A DNA stretch of 14,218 nucleotides from Campylobacterota bacterium (GTDB lineage: Bacteria > Campylobacterota > Campylobacteria > Campylobacterales > Sulfurovaceae). The notes beneath the pieces are model-generated. The model did not search any database. It had not been told where the DNA came from and saw only the letters and a list, made by a program, of their open reading frames with translations. The stretch spans positions 1 to 14,218 of the forward strand of contig JAYEOM010000021.1 of assembly GCA_034722955.1 (NCBI GenBank). Direction: 5' to 3'. Position numbers and translations under genes: made by a program. Numbering within the stretch: position 1 is the stretch's first letter; the number at the start of each line of letters is the position of its first letter. Shown piece by piece: positions 8,038 to 14,218 of this stretch.

Positions 8038-8104
8038 TCACATATTATCTCACTCTTATCAACATTTCGATACTCTAAACAAAAATTTATTATGGAAAAA
8101 AATA

Positions 8105-9082
8105 ATGCTTATAGATGGACATGGTCGAACAGTTAATTACCTTAGAGTATCTGTCACCGAACGATGTAACTTTCGATGTCAATACTGCATGCCAGAGAAA
8201 CCTTTTTCTTGGGTTCCACGCGAAAATCTTTTGAGCTTTGAAGAGCTCTTTCTGTTTATGAAAGTAGCTATCGATGAGGGCGTCACAAAGATACGCATTA
8301 CTGGTGGTGAGCCACTGCTTCGTGAGGGCTTAGATACTTTTATCAAAATGATTCATGACTACAGCCCAGATATAGATCTAGCTCTCACTACCAATGCATA
8401 TCTTCTTCCTCAAACTGCTCAGAAGCTCAAAGATGCAGGACTCAAGAGATTAAATATCTCCCTTGATTCACTCAAGCCAGAGGTAGCACAACTCATAGCA
8501 CAAAAAGATGTATTGGCTCAAGTCCTAGAGGGTATAGATAAGGCATTAGAGGTAGGCTTGGGTATCAAGATCAATATGGTACCACTCAAAGGTATCAATG
8601 ATGATGAGATTTTAGATATCATAGAGTACTGTAAAGCACGAAATATTAAAGTAAGATTTATTGAGTATATGGAAAACCAACATGCCAGCAAGTCTATCGA
8701 AGGGATGCATGGCAGAGAGATCCTTGATAAGATTAAAGAGAAGCATGTCATTAGAGCATTGGGGCGTGAAGGTGCTAGTCCTTCATTTAACTATGTACTT
8801 GAGGATGGGACAGAGTTTGGACTCATCGACCCACACAAGCATGATTTTTGTGAAAACTGCAACCGTATCAGACTTACAGCCGAGGGCAATCTCATACCAT
8901 GTCTATATTTTGATGAAGCTATGAGTATCGCACAATCAGTCAAAAAGGGTGATATAGAGGCTGCTTCACAAGTCCTAGCTCAAGTTCTCAGAGACAAGCC
9001 CAAAGAGAATCGATGGAATGAGGAGGAGAACAGTGGTGAACATGAAGCTTCTACTAGAGCTTTTTATGAAACTGGTGGCTAA
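8105..9082 (+). CDS. moaA: GTP 3',8-cyclase MoaA (molybdenum cofactor biosynthesis)
   Basis: Start moved from the ORF-track TTG at 8015 to ATG 8105 ([34 protein letters not shown]). RITGGEP, FIEYM, second cluster [21 protein letters not shown]-terminal GG. Confidence 0.97.
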   Translation: MLIDGHGRTVNYLRVSVTERCNFRCQYCMPEKPFSWVPRENLLSFEELFLFMKVAIDEGVTKIRITGGEPLLREGLDTFIKMIHDYSPDIDLALTTNAYLLPQTAQKLKDAGLKRLNISLDSLKPEVAQLIAQKDVLAQVLEGIDKALEVGLGIKINMVPLKGINDDEILDIIEYCKARNIKVRFIEYMENQHASKSIEGMHGREILDKIKEKHVIRALGREGASPSFNYVLEDGTEFGLIDPHKHDFCENCNRIRLTAEGNLIPCLYFDEAMSIAQSVKKGDIEAASQVLAQVLRDKPKENRWNEEENSGEHEASTRAFYETGG

Positions 9083-9840
9083 TGTTTTATCTAACAGAGC
9101 AGTTTTTTTCGATACAAGGTGAGGGTAAATATGCTGGTATGCCATCCTATTTTTTGAGAACAGGGGGATGCAACCTCAACTGTCCAGGGTTTGGTGCAGA
9201 GTACAAAATAGATGGTGAGGAGCGATGGGGTTGCGATACCTATTTTGCAGTAGATAGTGGATTTGCTTCACAATGGAGCGGGCTGGAGTCATCTGAGAGT
9301 TTGATCTCTGATCTCAAAGAGGAGTTTGCAAAGATAGGTTACAACCCTCATATCGTGATCACAGGTGGTGAACCTCTGATCTATCATAAAGATAGTGCTT
9401 TCTATGCTCTTGTAGAGTGGTTAGTCTCTGAGGGTATTATGATCACTTTTGAAACCAATGGTACCATTGAGATTGATTTTGATAAGTTTCCTGCATATAG
9501 AGAGTCTATCTTTGCACTATCGATCAAGCTCTCGAACAGTGGAGAGTCTAAAGAGAGACGGATCAACACAGGAGCCGTATCTGCGATCAAAAACCATGCA
9601 AAAGAGTCATTTTTCAAATTTACGATAGATCACAAATTGGTAGAGACAACAGCTTATGATGAGATAGTTGAGATCACAAAACCTTTTTTTAAGAGTGATA
9701 TATTTTGTATGCCCGTAGGAGAGAGTAGAGATACTATCTGGAAAAATGACAAAAGAGTATTTGAGTTTTGCATGGATCACAACTACAGATATAGTGACCG
9801 TTTGCATATACGAGTATTTGATACAACACAAGGAGTCTAG
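9082..9840 (+). CDS. queE: 7-carboxy-7-deazaguanine synthase QueE (radical SAM)
   Basis: [24 protein letters not shown]...GCDT, VITGGEP, FETNGT, RLH near the C-terminus. Adjacent to queD and overlapping the moaA stop (TAATG). Confidence 0.93.
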   Translation: MFYLTEQFFSIQGEGKYAGMPSYFLRTGGCNLNCPGFGAEYKIDGEERWGCDTYFAVDSGFASQWSGLESSESLISDLKEEFAKIGYNPHIVITGGEPLIYHKDSAFYALVEWLVSEGIMITFETNGTIEIDFDKFPAYRESIFALSIKLSNSGESKERRINTGAVSAIKNHAKESFFKFTIDHKLVETTAYDEIVEITKPFFKSDIFCMPVGESRDTIWKNDKRVFEFCMDHNYRYSDRLHIRVFDTTQGV

Positions 9841-10422
9841 ATGATCATCAGGAAGTTATTTAAATTTGAAAATGCTCATATCGTACGGGATTGTTCGACT
9901 AAGCGATGTAGTGAAAATATCCATGGCCACTCCTATAAAGTAGAGGTACTTTTGGAGTCGAACTACCTAGATCATGGTCAGATGGTCTATGATTTTGGCT
10001 TGACAAAACTCTCTATCAGAGAGATGATCGACTCATTTGATCATGCGATTACACTATGGAGTGGAGACGACCCTGAGTATATAGATTCGATAAAGTACTT
10101 TAGTCATCGTTGGGTTGAGCTTCCAGTCTCTCCATCGGCAGAGCAGCTCTCTCGGGTGATATATCTCATGGTTGAGAGGATACTATCTTGTACGCAGATG
10201 CAAAATGGTGAACGAGAAGTGACACTTCACAGTATCATCATACATGAGACAGAGACAGGTTATGCCCAGTGCTTCAAAGAGGATGCACACAGCCCATTGA
10301 TGGGAGTGATATCACTTGAAGATATTATATTTTCTGCTCAAGTGATGGATGAGTGGAGCGATAGTGCACTGTGGAGTAGGCTATTAACCCATCAACCCAT
10401 AACTCACCCAACCAAAATATAA
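9841..10422 (+). CDS. queD: 6-carboxy-5,6,7,8-tetrahydropterin synthase, long QueD2-type
   Basis: 193 aa. FKFENAH, C18-x4-C23-x4-HGHSY, MVYDFG, SFDHA, PSAEQ, IHETETG. Directly abuts the queE stop. Confidence 0.93.
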   Translation: MIIRKLFKFENAHIVRDCSTKRCSENIHGHSYKVEVLLESNYLDHGQMVYDFGLTKLSIREMIDSFDHAITLWSGDDPEYIDSIKYFSHRWVELPVSPSAEQLSRVIYLMVERILSCTQMQNGEREVTLHSIIIHETETGYAQCFKEDAHSPLMGVISLEDIIFSAQVMDEWSDSALWSRLLTHQPITHPTKI

Positions 10423-10472
10423 GAGAGTTCAAATAGAAAAAAGCCTGCATAGTTTGGGTAGATTTTGAATTA

Positions 10473-10481
10473 TGATATAAT
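10473..10481 (+). promoter_or_regulatory. Extended -10 promoter (TGaTATAAT) for the VWA gene and probably downstream genes
   Basis: Exact TGnTATAAT 57 nt upstream of ATG 10539, with GGAG RBS at 10529-10532. Confidence 0.7.
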
Positions 10482-10538
10482 AGTCTAATGGCAACTTCAA
10501 CTCTTTTGATTTTGTCAAATTAATCTCTGGAGACTCTT

Positions 10539-11711
10539 ATGAAAAAAACAATGATTTTACTTTCGGTACTTCTCTCTGCACAACTTTTTGCCAGTGATCT
10601 GAAACTGCCTCCTATTTTAGAGCCTAACACAAAAGTAGACGATGCACTTCCTCAAGGCAAATTTATACGAACAGGACCTACGATACAGATAGCTATACTG
10701 CTAGATACTAGTAACAGTATGGATGGTTTGATCACGCAAGTAAAGGAGCAGATTTGGAATATAGTCAATGAGGTCTCAAGAGCAAACAAAAACAGTCAAG
10801 ATATAACTATGCAAGTTGCACTATATGAGTATGGTAAAAACACTCTTCCTGCTCATACCGGTTATATACAGATGCTCTCCCCTCTCACTAATGATTTGGA
10901 CTTTTTATCAGAAAAACTCTTTGCACTCAAGACTAGAGGGGGATTGGAGTATGCTGGTGAAGTGATAGAAAAAGCGAGTAACAATCTCTACTGGAGCAAA
11001 AATAGAGATGATCTTAGGATCATCATCATCGCAGGAAATGAGGAGTTTGATCAGGGCAGTGTCAACTATAGACAATCTATAGCCAATGCAAAAAAGAGAG
11101 ATATTGTAGTCAATACAATTTTCTGCGGTCCCCACAAAAGAGGTATCTATCTAGGGTGGGAAGATGGAGCCAAAAAAGGGGGAGGAAAGTATATGAATAT
11201 TGACTCTGACAGAAGAGTCGTGCATATCCCTACCCCTCAAGATAGTCAAATTATTATACTCAACAATCAACTCAATAGTACCTATATCGGATATGGTCAA
11301 AGGGGCAAAGAGAAAAAGCAGAGACAGCTAAAAGAGGATGAAAAAAGTAAAAATCTATCGATAGGTTCTTATGTAAGCAGGACAGTCTCAAAATCATCCA
11401 GGCAGTATAAAACAGAGTCTTGGGATGCCGTATCCTCCTATGACAAAGGGAACAAGTCTATAGCCAAAGAGCTAAAGCAGAGCAATATTGCATTCAGTGA
11501 CAAGAGTGAAGAGGAGATCGATAAGATAGTTGCCGCAAAATCAGAAGATCGAAAAAAGATAAAGAGTGAGATACAGGAGTTAGAGAAAAAAAGGAGACTC
11601 TACATCAAAAACAATCAACCCAAAGGAGAGCAAACTTTTGGAGAGAGAATTATCAAAGAGATCAAGAGCCAAATGGAAGAGAGTGGGTTCTCATTTAAGA
11701 GTTCAAAATAA
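10539..11711 (+). CDS. Secreted von Willebrand factor A (VWA) domain protein with charged helical C-terminus
   Basis: 390 aa. Signal peptide MKKTMILLSVLLSAQLFA, MIDAS motif IAILLDTSNSMDG (DxSxS), IIIIAGNE, IVVNTIFCG, K/E-rich coiled-coil-like tail. Confidence 0.88.
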   Translation: MKKTMILLSVLLSAQLFASDLKLPPILEPNTKVDDALPQGKFIRTGPTIQIAILLDTSNSMDGLITQVKEQIWNIVNEVSRANKNSQDITMQVALYEYGKNTLPAHTGYIQMLSPLTNDLDFLSEKLFALKTRGGLEYAGEVIEKASNNLYWSKNRDDLRIIIIAGNEEFDQGSVNYRQSIANAKKRDIVVNTIFCGPHKRGIYLGWEDGAKKGGGKYMNIDSDRRVVHIPTPQDSQIIILNNQLNSTYIGYGQRGKEKKQRQLKEDEKSKNLSIGSYVSRTVSKSSRQYKTESWDAVSSYDKGNKSIAKELKQSNIAFSDKSEEEIDKIVAAKSEDRKKIKSEIQELEKKRRLYIKNNQPKGEQTFGERIIKEIKSQMEESGFSFKSSK

Positions 11712-11750
11712 CTATTATCTGATACTTGCAAGCAGATGAGAGAGATTGCT

Positions 11751-12248
11751 ATGAAGAGACGCTTTTTTTTGACACTTTTGGGAGCTAGCGGTGCTACTCT
11801 GCTATTGTCATCTCCTCAGAAGGCTAGAGGGTACTTGTCTGCTGATACTTTGGCTCTAATCCATGCCGTTCAGCAGCATATGTTTCCTGAGGGCACCACT
11901 ATGCCTAGTGCAAAGAGTTTTAATGCTACAGAGTTTTTGAATGAGACAGTATCCCACTCATCTTTTGATAAAGATATTCGAAAGTTTATCATTGATGGCA
12001 GTGAAAAGTTGCAAAAGAGAGAAGAGAGTCGTTTTCTGCACTATAGCAGCAGAGAGAGGGAGAGAGCATTGAGATCATATGAGGAGACACCGTTTGGCAG
12101 TGGTTGGCTTGATCGTATCATGCTGCTCTCCCTAGAGGGGTTGTTGAGTGATCCTATCTATGGAGGCAATAGCAAACAGTCTGGCTGGAGAGCTTTAGCG
12201 ACTAGAGGAGGGGAGCCTCGTCCCACTTCACGATATATTGAACTATGA
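11751..12248 (+). CDS. Gluconate 2-dehydrogenase subunit 3 family-like small subunit with Tat signal
   Basis: MKRRFFLTLLG twin-arginine signal (alternative start 11736). C-terminal LEGLLSDPIYGGN...GW matches this family's 'F.DP.YGGN....W' signature. ATGA overlap with the GMC gene. Confidence 0.85.
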   Translation: MKRRFFLTLLGASGATLLLSSPQKARGYLSADTLALIHAVQQHMFPEGTTMPSAKSFNATEFLNETVSHSSFDKDIRKFIIDGSEKLQKREESRFLHYSSRERERALRSYEETPFGSGWLDRIMLLSLEGLLSDPIYGGNSKQSGWRALATRGGEPRPTSRYIEL

Positions 12249-13927
12249 TCTATGATGCTATCGTTATCGGATCAGGTGCGAGTGGTGGTGCAGTAGCACA
12301 CCAGCTCTGCCAAGCAGGCTTCAAGGTAGCCCTTCTGGAGAAAGGCAGATTGATTCGAAGAGAGGAGTTCTCCAAGGATGAGTTAGCCTATTGCAGGAGG
12401 GATATTGTCACACCCAGTCTCTTTGATGAGTATCATACGATAGAGGAGTTCAAAGATGGAAAATGGATAGAGACTCCTACCTATGACTCTAACCGCAGTT
12501 TCTGGAATGGCAATATTGTCGGAGGCTCTTCCAACCTGATGAGCGGAATGTTTCATAGGATGCACCCTGATGATTTTAGATTGCTGAGTAGATTTGGAGA
12601 GATAGAGGGTGCCAATATCGTTGATTGGCCTATCAGCTATAGAGATATGGAGCCCTACTATAGACTAGCAGAAGAGCTGGTAGGTGTCTCAGGAAAAGCA
12701 CAAAGCCACCCACATAAACCACCTAGGAGTACTCTGGATCTCCCTCTGCCACCAACTAGTGAAAACATGATCACCACACTTTTTGACAAGAGTTGCAGAA
12801 GATTGAAGATCACTCCGCTTATCACATCTCGTGCTGTTCTCTCGCAGGAGAGAGGTGATAGAAAAGCATGTTACTACTCCAACTTTTGTGGTAGCTATGG
12901 CTGTAGCTCAGGTGCCAAAGGCAGCTCTCTAGAAGCCTTTGTCAACCCTGCATTGGCAACTGGAAATTTGACACTTCTGACAAATAGTTATGTTAAACGA
13001 CTAGAGAGCAACCAAGAGAGTGTCACCGCTGTAGAGGTGATAGATACGATAACAGGAGAGAGCCATAAGCTTCACGCAGAGATCTATGTGGTTGCAGCAC
13101 AGGCACATGAGAGTAGTAGATTGCTTTTGAACTCTGCCAACTCATTCCATCCTGATGGTTTAGGCAACAGCAGTGGAGAGCTTGGAAAAAATCTGATCTT
13201 CTCTGCCGGTGGTTTTGGGCAGGGACTACTCAGTAAAAAGAGTCTCAAAGATATCTCTTTTGATGCGTTCATGCAGAGAGGACTCTTTATCAACCGCTCT
13301 ATTTTGGATTGGTATATGATCGATCCTTGGTGGGGGAGAGTGACAAAAGGTGGTTTGGTAGAGTTCATGTTTGAACACCAAAACAATATCTCTCGTGCAG
13401 CAAAAACACGGTATAGCGGAGAGAGACTGCTCTGGGGAGAGGATCTAGCTCTCAAACTGCGAGATCTATTTACTGAGGGAAAAAGTATCCGTTTTGAGAT
13501 TTTCAATGATTGGTTGCCTACAGATGACTGTTTTGTCTCATTAGATCTTAAGCGAAGAGATAAGTATGGCATGCCGGTAGGTAAACTTCGTATACATGGA
13601 CATCCTCATGATCTAAAGATCGCATCTAAGATTTCAGAAAAATGTGAGCAGCTACTAGCAGAGATGGGTGCTGAAGATATATATAGCTCCATATCTGCCA
13701 CCCCTCCGCAAAACCTAGTGGCAGGCGGATGTCGATTTGGCAGAGATCCGAAAAGGTCTCTGCTTAACCCATACTGTCAGTCACATGATATCCCAAATCT
13801 TTTTGTTGCTGATGCAAGCTTTATGCCCACAGGAGGAAGTACTCCTTATACATGGACGATCTATGCCAATGCTCTTCGTATCTCTGACTATATGATTGGT
13901 GAACTTCAAAAAGGGCGTTTCTCTTAA
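12245..13927 (+). CDS. GMC family FAD-dependent oxidoreductase, substrate unknown
   Basis: 560 aa. VIGSGASGG FAD motif, LLEKG, GNIVGGSS, DWPISY, Cys cluster CYYSNFCGSYGC, LLLNS, GGCRFG, NLFVADASFMPT. No signal peptide of its own. Confidence 0.93.
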   Translation: MIYDAIVIGSGASGGAVAHQLCQAGFKVALLEKGRLIRREEFSKDELAYCRRDIVTPSLFDEYHTIEEFKDGKWIETPTYDSNRSFWNGNIVGGSSNLMSGMFHRMHPDDFRLLSRFGEIEGANIVDWPISYRDMEPYYRLAEELVGVSGKAQSHPHKPPRSTLDLPLPPTSENMITTLFDKSCRRLKITPLITSRAVLSQERGDRKACYYSNFCGSYGCSSGAKGSSLEAFVNPALATGNLTLLTNSYVKRLESNQESVTAVEVIDTITGESHKLHAEIYVVAAQAHESSRLLLNSANSFHPDGLGNSSGELGKNLIFSAGGFGQGLLSKKSLKDISFDAFMQRGLFINRSILDWYMIDPWWGRVTKGGLVEFMFEHQNNISRAAKTRYSGERLLWGEDLALKLRDLFTEGKSIRFEIFNDWLPTDDCFVSLDLKRRDKYGMPVGKLRIHGHPHDLKIASKISEKCEQLLAEMGAEDIYSSISATPPQNLVAGGCRFGRDPKRSLLNPYCQSHDIPNLFVADASFMPTGGSTPYTWTIYANALRISDYMIGELQKGRFS

Positions 13928-14025
13928 AGGTTAAGCTTATTTTTTGTTGATTGTTTGTTAATCTTTTTACGATAAGATACTGAACAGATATTCTTATATA
14001 TTTAATAATATGAAATGGAGATATG

Positions 14026-14218
14026 ATGAAGCGTGTTTATGCCTTACTAGTTAATGTTACCCTGCTCTCTTCCTATGGAGTAGCAAAAACCAGTACATCA
14101 AAAAACAGTAAAATTGATGCTAAATATGAAACAAATAAAAATAGTACAGCTATTTACAACCGTATAAAACTTGCTGATTATAAAATAGAAAATGGAGATA
14201 CACTATTTATCATCGCAA
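14026..14218 (+). CDS. Exported LysM-domain protein, 5' part only (runs off the window)
   Basis: Absent from the ORF track. GGAG RBS at 14017-14020, then ATG ATG (14023/14026). Reads MKRVYALLVNVTLLSSYGVAKTSTSK...LADYKIENGDTLFIIA, and the last residues match a LysM start (Y.V..GDTL..IA). Confidence 0.8.
   Translation, partial: MKRVYALLVNVTLLSSYGVAKTSTSKNSKIDAKYETNKNSTAIYNRIKLADYKIENGDTLFIIA

Noticed and set aside
8015..8104. 30-aa N-terminal extension of MoaA from the TTG at 8015
   Set aside because: No RBS, it starts inside a hairpin loop, and the family N-terminus (MLID..GR) begins at ATG 8105, which has an RBS.
7959..8104. Moco riboswitch upstream of moaA
   Set aside because: Only two simple hairpins are visible, with no multi-stem junction or GNRA tetraloop. 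An Rfam scan would settle it.
9082..10422. 7-deazaguanine DNA-modification (dpd) or defence island
   Set aside because: No dpdA/tgt-like, helicase or nuclease gene nearby. The housekeeping context fits tRNA queuosine synthesis.
422..10536. 14-bp direct repeat ATCTCTGGAGACTC at 422-435 and 10523-10536 as att sites
   Set aside because: One such match is plausible by chance in 14 kb, the enclosed genes are core, and there is no integrase.
2459..13572. Remaining short antisense or alternate-frame ORFs (e.g. 3804-4103, 5208-5465, 6320-6865, 13084-13572)
   Set aside because: All overlap well-supported genes and show no protein-like signatures.
1..14218. CRISPR array, tRNA/rRNA, IS element or prophage
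   Set aside because: No spaced repeats, RNA gene signatures, transposase or phage genes seen. Intergenic gaps are all about 200 nt or less.

Overview
Bacterial chromosomal window of roughly 40% GC. Gene content and TGnTATAAT promoters point to Campylobacterota, probably Sulfurovum/Sulfurimonas-like (inference). The core block is riboflavin synthase divergent from mnmG, an uncharacterised PseG/SpsG-like gene, petABC (Rieske/cytochrome b complex with a diheme cytochrome c) and moaA-queE-queD (QueD2 type). The left flank holds a frameshifted Leu/Phe-tRNA-protein-transferase-like gene and a coupled pair encoding a small secreted protein and an OmpA_C-only protein. The right flank holds a putative operon (secreted VWA protein, Tat-signal small subunit, GMC flavoprotein) and the start of a LysM protein. 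The best candidates for poorly described biology are the GMC module, whose canonical His/Asn catalytic pair looks replaced and which has no adjacent cytochrome subunit, and the OmpA_C/partner pair. A perfectly symmetric bidirectional promoter lies between ribE and mnmG. I saw no RNA genes, CRISPR array or mobile element. All family assignments come from motif recognition by eye, not database searches.
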